A DNA stretch of 63,367 nt, the filler included, from Globobulimina sp. (Eukaryota), in the NCBI GenBank assembly GCA_003354225.1. It is 36 parts of 36 records of this genome, joined end to end, with 100 filler letters (N's around TTAATTAATTAA, not from the genome) between each part and the next. Parts side by side here need not be neighbours in the genome. Positions count along the whole stretch, not along the records: positions 22,929 to 24,591 come from PIVH01013435.1; positions 24,692 to 26,354 come from PIVH01013436.1; positions 26,455 to 28,117 come from PIVH01013437.1; positions 28,218 to 29,880 come from PIVH01013438.1; positions 29,981 to 31,643 come from PIVH01013439.1; positions 31,744 to 33,406 come from PIVH01013440.1; positions 33,507 to 35,169 come from PIVH01013441.1; positions 35,270 to 36,932 come from PIVH01013442.1; 28 more parts are not named here. One strand, 5' to 3'. Positions 23,860-35,505 of the stretch are shown piece by piece. How positions within the stretch are numbered: the first letter of the stretch is position 1; the number at the start of each line of letters is the position of its first letter. The position numbers and the translations under genes are program-made. The notes beneath the pieces were generated by a model. The model saw only the letters and a program-made list of their open reading frames with translations, was not told where the DNA came from and did no database searches.

Positions 23860-24561
23860 TTAGTGATCGTATTTAGTATACTTATAAGACAGCAAAGATA
23901 TGGAGTCGTCCTCATCACAAATCCAAATTGCAAGGCAATATCCGACATCTGATTTTTCAATGTTATAGGCTTTGATTTGTGTTTCTTTGTTTTTACCAAA
24001 TAATACAGACTTGCTATCCAAATCTAAGATAATATGAACAATATCGCCTTCTGTGTATGTAGCTCCATAGCTTTCAAGTTGTCCATTTGAACTGTATTTG
24101 TCCCCACTAAATGCCGCATATCCGTAGTATTGTGTTGCTTGGGTAAATACAAAATTTGTATCAATATGAATAGGATTTGCTTCAGCAACACCAACAATGG
24201 TGCCACGACCCGACAAAGTGGCCATTTTTAATGTCCAATGATGTCTTCCAAGATCTGAGTCATCTGCAAAGGAAACTATTCTGGAGCCATAACATGTATG
24301 ATGACTATACGCAGATGTCTTTGTCACCGTAAGGTCTCCATTGGATGCTGTGATTTTAGATGTATTATAATATCTGAAATATTCGATATTTTGATAATAT
24401 GCAATTATTGTGTATGTAATTAAATCAGTAATGTTGTATTGTGAGTTGTCTTTTTGAAACAATGATTCTGCATTTCTTACAAATCCAAACACGAGATATT
24501 GAATGCATGCATCGTATCTCTTTATTTGTGATAAATCTATATGATATTCTGCTTGATTCAT
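23860..24561 (-). CDS. SPRY domain protein with N-terminal LVxG(F/Y)xR..I..Y motif
   Basis: GRHHWTLK..IVGV..YGATYTEGDIVHIILDL..VLFGKN. Confidence 0.8.
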   Translation of the reverse strand: MNQAEYHIDLSQIKRYDACIQYLVFGFVRNAESLFQKDNSQYNITDLITYTIIAYYQNIEYFRYYNTSKITASNGDLTVTKTSAYSHHTCYGSRIVSFADDSDLGRHHWTLKMATLSGRGTIVGVAEANPIHIDTNFVFTQATQYYGYAAFSGDKYSSNGQLESYGATYTEGDIVHIILDLDSKSVLFGKNKETQIKAYNIEKSDVGYCLAIWICDEDDSISLLSYKYTKYDH

Positions 24562-24691
24562 TCCAATATTACTATCAATATATTCATATTCNNNNNNNNN
24601 NNNNNNNNNNNNNNNNNNNNNNNNNNNNNNNNNNNTTAATTAATTAANNNNNNNNNNNNNNNNNNNNNNNNNNNNNNNNNNNNNNNNNNNN

Positions 24692-26130
24692 AAAATTTAA
24701 AAAAGGAATTATTAGACAATGGTATATGTTCAGTAACCGCTGGCAAATGGTCAGTAACAGAGAAGAGTGCACAGCAACATTTCGGATCTGAATATTGTAA
24801 AAGTATTAGTACAAATTCATTTTGTTATACTGAATATGATTTAGAAGGCTTACATATCGGCCATTTGATAGCAATGATGATGTACTGTAATACTAATGCA
24901 TTACAAACACGTTTTGCCGAAACATTCCGTCGCCGAGAAAATGAAACTGATCAGTCATTGATGCGGAGAAATTCAAACTATGCACAGTTTGCTAGATTAT
25001 TGAGGGAATTTGTCGAATGTTTTGGACAAAATATGGGAAGAAATCAAGTTTCTGAACAAGTGGTGTATCGCGGGGTATCTATCAAACCACATTTCGTGAC
25101 AATAAACCCGTGCATTAAAGGACCGTTCAGCGCAACAACCGCTTATACGGTAGCAGTAAACTTCTGTGCAGTCACTGGGTTAATATTAAAATTCAGAACT
25201 AATTATAAATGGATGATAAGCAGTCGAATGTTGCAACACCAGACTGTTACATGCGCATTTATTGATTGTTCGTGGCTTAGCGATTACCCTCATGAGCAGG
25301 AAAGATTTTTTATTGGTGGATTCAGCAGGTTTTGGATAGATAGTATTATAATTGCACCCAACGAGGATTATCGTAAATATATATTGGCCATGAGAGTAAT
25401 GTTGGAAAGAATAGATTTTCAGGAATATGCAGCAATGGGCTTAATACCAGATGAGTGTAATGGTGCAATATGTCAAATTGCATTCAGAATGTTATCGCAT
25501 GAGTTGAACAAACATTTCCCAGATAAAAATAACGATTTTGATGCATGGGAGTTGATACCAGAATATGCTGACAATTTATGGCATAATTTTTGTGTTAATT
25601 TAAAACGATTTGTGTTGTGGGGCGGATTTAATTTACCAAAATATAAACGATTAAATGCGTTTTTGTCTAAGTTTTTCATGTATGAGCATGGGATGTTTAA
25701 AGGGAATGTAATTGTCACAATATTTCCATATTTGGAGGAGATTTACATTGAAGAAAATGCATTGTTTAAAGAGTATGGAATGAGAAATGTGGATTTGATT
25801 AAACGAGATGATTTTTGGTGGACAGTAATTGATATTATTAAAAGATCACAAAAGTTGAGGTTGATTAAGATTTCCATTCTAACTGTTAATGCAAAAGAAT
25901 GTACGGATTCAATGGTTCCGATTGCAGCTAAATATGCTGTCTTAGGTATAATGGGCTGGAATGTAGATCTTGGAACAAGAGAGGGTATCGCTATGCTCAT
26001 TTATTATTTGGTGATTCAGAAAGAAGATAAATTGACAACGGTCAAATCTCACCAAACAAAATGCCAAAACGAACAACTTCCTCAGTGGACTGACACTTTA
26101 AATCATGTCTCACAATTATTAAGAAAATGA
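24692..26130 (+). CDS. R-S-E clade ADP-ribosyltransferase-like protein (5' partial)
   Basis: VYRG (R), PFSATT..VAVNF (S), SWLSDYPHEQE (ExE) in canonical order. Confidence 0.7.
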
Positions 26131-26503
26131 GACATTGTCTTTTGATATTATATGTATATTATACTAATATGGCACTGTCCATAAACCAAATACACCAATC
26201 GTGATTTTTTGTTGTATACCGAGTATGAAGAAGCTGCTGCAAAATATGGATTCCTACTAGAAGCAATCAACATACCTGCAAACAATGTTATTTATACATA
26301 TTATTATGACATCATCATACAATCGAACATGTATAAATACTGCTTCTTTATATCNNNNNNNNNNNNNNNNNNNNNNNNNNNNNNNNNNNNNNNNNNNNTT
26401 AATTAATTAANNNNNNNNNNNNNNNNNNNNNNNNNNNNNNNNNNNNNNNNNNNNGGGTCAGAAGTTTAACTAATTTCGCGCCAAAGTTAGAATAAAGGTC
26501 CCC

Positions 26504-26728
26504 ATGTTTGTTAATTCGTATACGAGTTATAATAAAGCAACAACATGGAGGAAATATATTGATGAGAAAACAAATAGAAAATTTATTGACGACAATGCAT
26601 TGGATTTATTGGATAGATTGTTACGGTTTGATCCAAATCAAAGACTGACTGCAAAGGAAGCTATGGAACATACATATTTTGATAAAGTTAGAAATATTAA
26701 TGTTGAAAGCAATGGATTCGGCAAATGA
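26504..26728 (+). CDS. Casein kinase II alpha-like C-terminal fragment
   Basis: ALDLLDRLLRFDPNQRLTAKEAMEHTYF. Confidence 0.7.
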   Translation: MFVNSYTSYNKATTWRKYIDEKTNRKFIDDNALDLLDRLLRFDPNQRLTAKEAMEHTYFDKVRNINVESNGFGK

Positions 26729-26967
26729 CAGCAGATATATCTATTTTTATATATTGTTGTGTGTTGTAACAATGTTTTTGTGTTGAGATTCGTTCTTGTT
26801 CTGAGACTTCTGACCAATATGTGCAAGGATAATTGTTAGCGTGCGGCAATGTACATGTTCTTAACTTTTTTATTCAATGCAAAGCAGCGCTATTTATACA
26901 CAAAAGCACGTTAATAAAATGACATCAATTGTAGTTACACAAGAAAAAGAAAACAAGCACAATTTCA

Positions 26968-27930
26968 CTATATCTTTCCGATCCGATTATTATTAAACAG
27001 ATCAATTAAAGTTTGCTGTTTTTTAATTATTGCTCTCATTTTATCAATCTCTTGACTTAAATTTGTAATTAGATTGAATTTACTCTGCAAAAGTCTATCC
27101 ATCTCTTGATCGCTATAAATGATAAAAGTCTGACTTGGTTCACTCGGCGCGAACCCGTTTGATAAAAATAAATCGGGAGGAATACTTTCTAACTGTTGCG
27201 AAAGACGCAATAAATGTTTATATTTTCGTGTTTCAGTCCTTTCATTTGATAATTCTGTCTCTAAATCGATGGTTTCCTCTTTCAATCGATATACGTCCTG
27301 GTTTTTTTTCTGACGAATATGCACTGAATCTATTCTTGCTCGTTTTAACTCCAATTTTAAAGTTTCAATGATTTCTTTTAATTTATGCACATCGGTAATC
27401 TCTTTATATTGGAAATCTAATAATTGTTGTTCCAAAGCAATCGCATCCATGCTAGCATTGGCATTCTGCGGACTATTGGAGGACGATGAGGATGAGGAGC
27501 CAGAGGAGGAATTGTCTGAACTATCTGAACTGTCATCATCGATTCCAACCAAATCTTCTATTATCATTGATGTGGCTCGCCTGTCATGTGCATTTTGTGT
27601 TATTTTGCCATCAGAATCAGAATCTGAATCTGAATCATAATCATCATCACTTATATTATCTTCAACATCTATGTTCATTCCAATCAAACTGTCTAAAACT
27701 ACCGACGATCTCCGCTTAGTCGACTTTCTGCTTTGATGCAGATCGTATTTTTGGACAGTATCATTTTCTTGATACGAGACTGGTTTCCGAATAGAATCCA
27801 ATTCTTGTTCTAAATTCTCAATTAACTCTTCGTAATGATTGCGTTGCTTTTCCAGCAGAGACCTATGTTGTTTGATGGATATCATTTCATCAGATTTGCG
27901 ATCTACAAGCGAAGACGAGGTGGAATCCAT
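26968..27930 (-). CDS. Coiled-coil protein with acidic/Ser-rich middle
   Basis: Complete 320-aa ORF with heptad patterns. Confidence 0.7.
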   Translation of the reverse strand: MDSTSSSLVDRKSDEMISIKQHRSLLEKQRNHYEELIENLEQELDSIRKPVSYQENDTVQKYDLHQSRKSTKRRSSVVLDSLIGMNIDVEDNISDDDYDSDSDSDSDGKITQNAHDRRATSMIIEDLVGIDDDSSDSSDNSSSGSSSSSSSNSPQNANASMDAIALEQQLLDFQYKEITDVHKLKEIIETLKLELKRARIDSVHIRQKKNQDVYRLKEETIDLETELSNERTETRKYKHLLRLSQQLESIPPDLFLSNGFAPSEPSQTFIIYSDQEMDRLLQSKFNLITNLSQEIDKMRAIIKKQQTLIDLFNNNRIGKI

Positions 27931-28330
27931 TATAATTAGTTAGTGACTCAGTGACTCAGTGACGAAGCAAGATAGTCAATGAATATTATTCAGAAGTTAT
28001 ACTGCAGTATGGTACCGGTTATATTGATATTTGCTTAACGAATGTAAATTTTTTTCTGCTCACAACAATCATTCCAAACCATGCCCTACAACATGATGTT
28101 AAACCGACAAATGACCANNNNNNNNNNNNNNNNNNNNNNNNNNNNNNNNNNNNNNNNNNNNTTAATTAATTAANNNNNNNNNNNNNNNNNNNNNNNNNNN
28201 NNNNNNNNNNNNNNNNNGAAAGATTCGCCTAATTCCTTCACCCTGTGACCGTACAAAAAATGTAAATGCATTTTTTTTTAATTTGTATATAAAAAATATC
28301 AGTTTCAAACTGAAAAGTTCTAGTTTGAAA

Positions 28331-29458
28331 TTAGATTTTTCCAGTTTCAAACCGAGAATTTCTAGTTTCAAACTGATCGACAAATTGCACATACATGGAA
28401 TCAGATTTTTGCTTGGCTCCTTTCATATGTTTTGCGACGGCAATCCGCAATCTGCGTTCTTGGTCAATGTCCTTTTTGGCTTTGCTCAGTCTCTCCGTCA
28501 TTTCCTTGCTTTGTTTTTTCATATTGGCGCGATTCTGCACCAATCTGCGCTGTAGCTCCTCGATCAACTTCTTGTATTTCGCATTCTGCCGCTCCAAATG
28601 CACCGCATTGCCCACAATATTGGGCGGGTTCGGAGTGGATTTGGGAGAGTCAAAGGTGGCGCCCTTATTACTCACATTGCGCCCGGTGATGTCGTGGGGA
28701 TTCGCACCATTACAGACCGGACATTTAAATTTCAGCTTTTCCACCGCAGCCAACTTATCCGCCGACAGCCCAATGCAAGACAAATGGTACCATTCTTGGC
28801 AATAATCGCAGCAAATCATCTGCGTGGTGCCATCGTACGGCTCGCGGCAAATACAATACAATTTGCTCGGGTCTTCGCCGTATTTATTGCCGCGAATATC
28901 GGCCAATTTGTTGCGAAATTTCTCTTGGATCTCCTCAATGGTTAGGTTGTGCAAGTTTTCTTCCTCCGATTCCTGCTCTCTTTCCCTCTCCGTTTCCTTC
29001 TCTTTCTTCTCGTGCTTCAGTCGATTCTTTTCATCACAGATCTGGCGCTCCAACGATTTCGCCTCTTTTTCCAACTGATGGCCAGTCCATTGCAGGATGC
29101 GTTGTTCGTACTCTTTGGAGCCCCAATCATGCACTTCGTCGTCGGTGGAAATGATGTAATCGTCGTCTCCCTCCTCAGTCTTGCCCCTTTTTTTCCTCTT
29201 TTTCTTCTTTTTTTTGTGTTTTTTGTGCCTTTTTTTCTTTTTCTTTTTAGATTTTTTGGAGTTTTTGTGATTAGATGGATCACCTAATAACAGCTCGTAA
29301 TCCTCATCGTCTAAGTTGGTCAGATCCAAATTGAGCAAAGGGTCCTCATGCGAGGAGCTCTCAGATTTGTCGTCGTTTATACCAGACATCCATTCGTATT
29401 CCACACTGTTTGGTTTGGAGACATCGTAATCGATCTCTTCCTCGCTGTCCTCATCCAT
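28331..29458 (-). CDS. PHD-finger protein (CXXC1/SPP1-type PHD) with poly-Lys NLS and coiled coil
   Basis: LYCICREPYDGTTQMICCDYCQEWYHLSCIG..FKCPVC. Confidence 0.9.
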   Translation of the reverse strand: MDEDSEEEIDYDVSKPNSVEYEWMSGINDDKSESSSHEDPLLNLDLTNLDDEDYELLLGDPSNHKNSKKSKKKKKKRHKKHKKKKKKRKKRGKTEEGDDDYIISTDDEVHDWGSKEYEQRILQWTGHQLEKEAKSLERQICDEKNRLKHEKKEKETEREREQESEEENLHNLTIEEIQEKFRNKLADIRGNKYGEDPSKLYCICREPYDGTTQMICCDYCQEWYHLSCIGLSADKLAAVEKLKFKCPVCNGANPHDITGRNVSNKGATFDSPKSTPNPPNIVGNAVHLERQNAKYKKLIEELQRRLVQNRANMKKQSKEMTERLSKAKKDIDQERRLRIAVAKHMKGAKQKSDSMYVQFVDQFETRNSRFETGKI

Positions 29459-29980
29459 TTCTGTTCATTATTTGTATTATACGTTCAGTGCAAGGATAAG
29501 AATAAGAAATGGACTCAACTTCGTGGTGATTTTCTGCGCGTATTTGTTTGTTTTCTGCCCCGAGAGCGGCGACCAGGACGCGAGGCCGTTGTGGGTGGCA
29601 CTGAAATGGCATCGAAATGGTCGCTGGCCTCAGATTTGGGTGTGGTGCGATTGCGAGTTCGTGTGCGTGGCGTTGCTGATATTGCTGTTGTTGTTATTTA
29701 TGTTTTTTGTGTGAGTGTGGAGCGGTGTTTATGTGCGATATGAACGAACCTTGTTTGTCGTCAATTTTCTGCTGTTCTATGAGTTTGGTGAGTTGGTCTG
29801 CGTAGAATTGAAGGTCTTGAGTGGAAATTCGTGGATTGGACACAAATTCTTCCAGTTCTTGAGGTTCACATTCGTATAAANNNNNNNNNNNNNNNNNNNN
29901 NNNNNNNNNNNNNNNNNNNNNNNNTTAATTAATTAANNNNNNNNNNNNNNNNNNNNNNNNNNNNNNNNNNNNNNNNNNNN

Positions 29981-30930
29981 AGCAACTGCAATTTTTAGCA
30001 TTCATTAAGTTGAAGGCTTTTGTATCACGGAAGTTCATCCGTAATTTGCTCAAATTAATGCCCAGTCTTTGTTCAGTGTAATAAAATTCGCGCGCCATTG
30101 TTAAAGGATGCTGTTGCAACCATCCTGGAACTAAATGCAATGAAGCTATGTAATCATTGGTCACTTTGCTATTTTCATCATTGTATTCTGATACTGTGTC
30201 CTTTGGATAATATCCATATTTCGTGGCTATTACCAACGTTCGACTCAAAGTGAATATATTCATAGCGAAGTATGGAACTGATTAAAATGAATATTATTAT
30301 GAGATATATTTGTAAAGATATGTACGTTGTAACTAAACACCAGAAACAGTTTCTTGTCATTTCGCTGCCGCTCCAAAACACAATGTTCCCACTAAGAAAG
30401 GAGACGAATCCCATAACAGCCATTGGGTCCAACATTTGTCGCGCCCAGAAACCAGCAGTGCCTTCTTTGTAAAGTAATATTGGAAATGCTAAAATATGAA
30501 AATAATTGTATATAAATTCCCAGGTTGCTCGATTAAAATCAAACGAATGATGGAGTTCAATGTCTGGCTTTTGTCGTTTATAATGATCTAAAATATAGCG
30601 GATTTTTGTAATTTCTGGCTGTATTTTGGCTCGACCTTTTTTGGGGGTTAAAGTTTTAATGTTTGCTTCTTCATATTTGTTGACATCTAACTGATTGCCA
30701 ATGCTCCCAATGTATCTTCTCTGTAAACCACGTTCAGATTGCAATTTTCTGATCGCTGTTATTTGTTCTTCAGATGGACCAGGCGGAATTGAAGCAGGTG
30801 GTGCTGTTTTACTCTCGACTGTTTGTCCAGCTGTAGATATTTCATCATTTGGTTGTTCTGTACCATATGAAATGTTTGACAATGCAGAATCATTAGTTTC
30901 ACTTGGTATTATATTATGTCCTGGAAGCAT
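29981..30930 (-). CDS. Multi-pass membrane protein of unknown function, probable intron near 30279-30345
   Basis: Two overlapping ORFs with hydrophobic segments; AT-rich stretch ending TTAATCAG at the frame change. Confidence 0.5.
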
Positions 30931-31924
30931 GACGTTAAGTTACTATCAAAAACATTTTTAATGAAATTCTCAAAAACATCACATTTTTGCGGATTGAGGC
31001 AACTCGATTAGTTACATGACGAAAATAATTAAAGTCATTAAATTAAAATCACATTTTAATCAAATAAAATCAGAACACTCATTCATATTTCTAGGAAAAA
31101 ACAAAAAAAAGACAAAAAAAATACACTAGATTTGAAAAGAAAGTAGAAAAAAATAATAAAAAAAACATGCACAGAAATTAGAAAATAAAATAAAAATACA
31201 TTAATTTCATCGACACCTTGTTATTACATCATAGTCACTAAATATAAACAAAACAAATTCATCATTTTTACACAAGAACAAAAAATGAATTATATAAACT
31301 ATAACCTGTCACTTTCGAGAGCTAATTCTTCTCCATCTAACATAGGATTTGTATCATTAATATTATTATTAACAAATGCAAAATGTAAATCATCTTCAGT
31401 CTATATATCACATCACATATATTCATACATTACCATTACAAAAATAAACAATTTAACTTTAATAAACAAATCAATGGATCTTCTATTTGTATCATAGACA
31501 CAGCAATCAAATGAAGCAACGATGTCATCCATATCTTCAATATCAATGGGACAGTCATCCACAATCTCACGCAATCCAAAATTATCATATCTTATCCCAA
31601 ACTTCTTTTTAATTTCACTAATTAACTCATCATACGTATTATCNNNNNNNNNNNNNNNNNNNNNNNNNNNNNNNNNNNNNNNNNNNNTTAATTAATTAAN
31701 NNNNNNNNNNNNNNNNNNNNNNNNNNNNNNNNNNNNNNNNNNNTATGGTCATTTGTTTTTAAAATTCCACTTTTTGAGGTTTTGAAGCTTTTGAGAATCA
31801 AAATATTTACATTTTTGTCAAATTCACAAAAAAATGATAGATGCTTTCGAAAGACTAAAATACACACAAAAATACTTTAGAGAAAAAAACTAACACATAA
31901 GAGTTTTAATTTTGTTTTATCGAT

Positions 31925-33385
31925 TTACTTTTGCAGATTGCCAATTCTTTGACGCAATAAGTCTTCAACATATTCCCACATTTGAAGTGTATTACAAGTA
32001 GAATTTGGTGCAGTTTCTACACCATGGACAGAATTTAAATGTACAAACAATTTATTTCCAGGTTGAATAAAAAACGATGCCATATTACCAACCAACATCA
32101 TAATCTGTTGCATGATGCTCGAATCATTTAATTTTCTGATTTGCATTGCATTTAATTGATACTCTCTCACCAATTCATTTCCTATTTTTTTCATTTTTCT
32201 TTTACCTGCATTTGAATCATTATTTTTATTATCCTTTACATGACTATTTCCATTTTTTACTTGCGCAAAATTCCAAAAAGTCCGTGATTTATGTTTATTT
32301 TTCTCTGCATATTGTTCAACAGTGCCACGTCTATGATCCAGATACATTACATCTTCTTCTTCAGACAGATTAGTATCGGTATCGCTAACACGCCCAAAAC
32401 TATCCTCCTCTGGTAAAAGTGGTGTAATTTCAGAGAAATACTGCAATTCGTCCATACTTCCCATAGTTTCTTCGTGTTGCGGTGCTGCACTCAATTCAGC
32501 CTCATCAGCTTCGCATTTTTCTTCACATGCCTTCATTTCACGAGACATACTTTTCAAGTTATTTTCAATCAAACAAGTCATTGTTTTCTCATTTAAATTC
32601 TCATACTGTACATCTTCAATCATTTTCTCCCATTCATGCTGTACAAGCACAACGATAATAGTTACAAAAACGCTTGTTTTTATATTCCAAACACATACCT
32701 TTTGCTGTTTATCATTGTCATACGGAGATAAAATCCATACACCTTTTGGTGTTTGTATCTCGATTGTGTATGCTTTGTCATTTTGATTGATCAAACAACA
32801 CAAATTTAAATCGATACATCCCAAATTTTCTGTCAATGTGTCATCCGCATAATATTTCATCTGTTTGTATTTATTCAAAGTAAAATATCTGCGCTTCCAT
32901 GATTTGTCCACAGTATCAAATTTATTTAACAATCCTTTCCGAACAACTCCGCCATAAATCGCTCGACAAAATTGATGTAACCAGTTTGTATATGCTTTGC
33001 TATCCATTGCAGAAAGTATATATGTTCTGCAATTTAATACGATTTGAAACGAATAGGCAACATTGGATTTTGCTTTCTCGTTTGTGATAATAAATTTGCT
33101 TAACTGCGTTTTGTTTTGCTTTAATATTTCTGTTTCATGTAATTTCATTTTATCATTATAAGAGTGAATAGTCTCTATCCTTGTTACTAAACATAGGTCA
33201 ATGCAGCCTCTTACATTTTTATCATCGATGGAATCTTGTTCTGTTGGATAATATTTTAACGTTTGTTTATAATGATTTAATACAAACCATCGTTCCTTCC
33301 ATGCTTTATTAACTTTACCTCTTTTATTCAATTTGCCCTCATATATTGTGGCATGTTTGCAATTGCTTGAATCAGTTGATTGCAT
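31925..33385 (-). CDS. Tandem PH-domain protein
   Basis: YEGKLNKRG..WKERWFVL..LKYY and RKGLLNK..WKRRYFTL..MKYY. Confidence 0.9.
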   Translation of the reverse strand: MQSTDSSNCKHATIYEGKLNKRGKVNKAWKERWFVLNHYKQTLKYYPTEQDSIDDKNVRGCIDLCLVTRIETIHSYNDKMKLHETEILKQNKTQLSKFIITNEKAKSNVAYSFQIVLNCRTYILSAMDSKAYTNWLHQFCRAIYGGVVRKGLLNKFDTVDKSWKRRYFTLNKYKQMKYYADDTLTENLGCIDLNLCCLINQNDKAYTIEIQTPKGVWILSPYDNDKQQKVCVWNIKTSVFVTIIVVLVQHEWEKMIEDVQYENLNEKTMTCLIENNLKSMSREMKACEEKCEADEAELSAAPQHEETMGSMDELQYFSEITPLLPEEDSFGRVSDTDTNLSEEEDVMYLDHRRGTVEQYAEKNKHKSRTFWNFAQVKNGNSHVKDNKNNDSNAGKRKMKKIGNELVREYQLNAMQIRKLNDSSIMQQIMMLVGNMASFFIQPGNKLFVHLNSVHGVETAPNSTCNTLQMWEYVEDLLRQRIGNLQK

Positions 33386-33947
33386 GTTGTCACTTAATTG
33401 TTCAATNNNNNNNNNNNNNNNNNNNNNNNNNNNNNNNNNNNNNNNNNNNNTTAATTAATTAANNNNNNNNNNNNNNNNNNNNNNNNNNNNNNNNNNNNNN
33501 NNNNNNTGGTGCAGAAACAGTTTACTGCCATTGATCTATGCTATATTTATAATGTATGTTTTGCGTATATTGATATTGGAGATAAAAAGAAAAAGACAAA
33601 GAATGTCAATGTGGTTCAAACAGAATGGGATAAGATTGATAATGAGGAGGAATATGATATTTATAAACAAAAATTAAGATTAAGAGGTGTAGCAACTGGC
33701 GACTATAAAATTAATTGCACCATACAATAATATCACACTTAAACTTCATCAAATGAACAGAAGCTGACATGACTGTTGTACTGGGATGTTGAGCTAAAAA
33801 AAAATTCTGACCGTGCTGGATTAATTTATTACACGAAAAAAAGAAATATACGAAAAAAATAATTATAAAAATAATTGACTTAATACAAAATAAAAATAGT
33901 AAGTAACTAAGCAATAATTTAATATCCAAATCAATTAACATTTTGCA

Positions 33948-34964
33948 TTATATATTATTCCATTCAATTACATTTGATAACGTGCTTAACTCATCACCAC
34001 ATTCATCTTTTTTTCTATTATAAAAGTACATATAATAAGTGATACTAATAAGTGCAGCAAAAATAAACACAGAAATTGCCGTGAAAACCCATAACATACT
34101 TCCATCTGCTTCAGATTCGTCAAATATTTGCATAATTTCTCTATCCGTTTCTTCATTGTAAAACCCTGATTTATGAGTATGAGTATGTTTACCTGTCGCA
34201 CAAATACCATCTATTGAGCAAATCGACCCTTTACCACAGCAATCATCATTGATTTCACATCCTATAAATCCAGATTCAATGCAACATTTTCCATAATTAT
34301 GTTGGGGATCTTTGGAATGCTTCAGATGTTTCATGTGTTCGCCATGTTTCTTTTTTTCTTTCTTCTCACAATTTACACTATTTGCTGCCGCTGAAATGTC
34401 TTTGGGGCAGCAATGTTTGTGTTGCTTACATTCCGCGCCAATAAAACATTGTCGGACTCCTACGGTTGGTAATGTTGGAGCAGATGTTGGCTGTTCAGTA
34501 AATATAACATTTTCAAATGAATTTGTATCAGGAATTCCTCCATCGATAAGTTGCTGCAATAAATCAGCATCAACAGAGGATATTATACCATCGCCATTGA
34601 CATCTGCGGGATCATAATCTGATACAAATTGCAATGGCATAGACCTGATTAAGTCAACATCAATGACACTCAAATTGCCATCACCATTAACATCACCTGG
34701 ACTTCCCTCATAGTTGAAAACAGGAAAATCGTTCACTATCAAAATTTCATCTATTTTGACAAATTTATTAATTATTATTTGATTTGATTCATTCATTTCA
34801 CTCAATGCAGCAAATACATCATCTCCAACACCAATAAACTCAAATCGATAATATCCTGGAATTGGATTTAAAATTAAAATTTGTTGATAAAATCCATAAC
34901 CACTAAAAAATGAATCTAAAATAGTATACATTATTGACACAAATATACCAAAACCAGTTTCCAT
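33948..34964 (-). CDS. Membrane-anchored protein with a type-I dockerin-like domain, Cys-rich module and C-terminal TM
   Basis: GDVNGDGNLSVIDVDLI-x11-ADVNGDGIISSVDADLL, PTSAPT linker, CC-rich module, TM LWVFTAISVFIFAALISITYYMYFY followed by NRKK. Confidence 0.8.
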   Translation of the reverse strand: METGFGIFVSIMYTILDSFFSGYGFYQQILILNPIPGYYRFEFIGVGDDVFAALSEMNESNQIIINKFVKIDEILIVNDFPVFNYEGSPGDVNGDGNLSVIDVDLIRSMPLQFVSDYDPADVNGDGIISSVDADLLQQLIDGGIPDTNSFENVIFTEQPTSAPTLPTVGVRQCFIGAECKQHKHCCPKDISAAANSVNCEKKEKKKHGEHMKHLKHSKDPQHNYGKCCIESGFIGCEINDDCCGKGSICSIDGICATGKHTHTHKSGFYNEETDREIMQIFDESEADGSMLWVFTAISVFIFAALISITYYMYFYNRKKDECGDELSTLSNVIEWNNI

Positions 34965-35269
34965 TTTTATATAATTTTTATATATTTGAAAACAAAAACG
35001 TTTTTATATTTGAATAGAAACAGGTTTTAATATAACAAATATTATATACATTGACTTTTTGCTTCCTGCAAAATGGTCGATGGAAACGTAAAGTTTTCTG
35101 CAGTTTTCCAAAAAGTACTGAATATGCATCAGCCTAAATCTAAATGCACTAACCACGCGCTGTCTGGGGNNNNNNNNNNNNNNNNNNNNNNNNNNNNNNN
35201 NNNNNNNNNNNNNTTAATTAATTAANNNNNNNNNNNNNNNNNNNNNNNNNNNNNNNNNNNNNNNNNNNN

Positions 35270-35505
35270 AATAATTTGCCCTTAGGGGTACTTTTTCATG
35301 GTGATTGTCGTGGTGAAATCGAAATCGAAGTAAATCTTCTATATTGGCAGCTTAGCACTGAACTAAACTAAAATCGTAATTTTCTGATTTTTGACATTTC
35401 TAATCTATTTAATATGCCGTAAAGAAGCTAATATCGAAGATTTACGTCGATTTCGATTTCACCACGATAATCACCATGAAAAAGTACCCCCAGGGGCAAA
35501 TTATT
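35270..35505. repeat. About 59-bp inverted repeat pair (foldback/MITE-like)
   Basis: 35270-35328 AATAATTTGCCCTTAGGGGTACTTTTTCATGGTGATTGTCGTGGTGAAATCGAAATCGA versus its near-exact reverse complement at ~35447-35505. Confidence 0.85.

Noticed and set aside
27941..27964. Tandem TGACTCA (AP-1-like) sites upstream of the coiled-coil gene
   Set aside because: An 8-nt micro-duplication; function cannot be supported from sequence alone.
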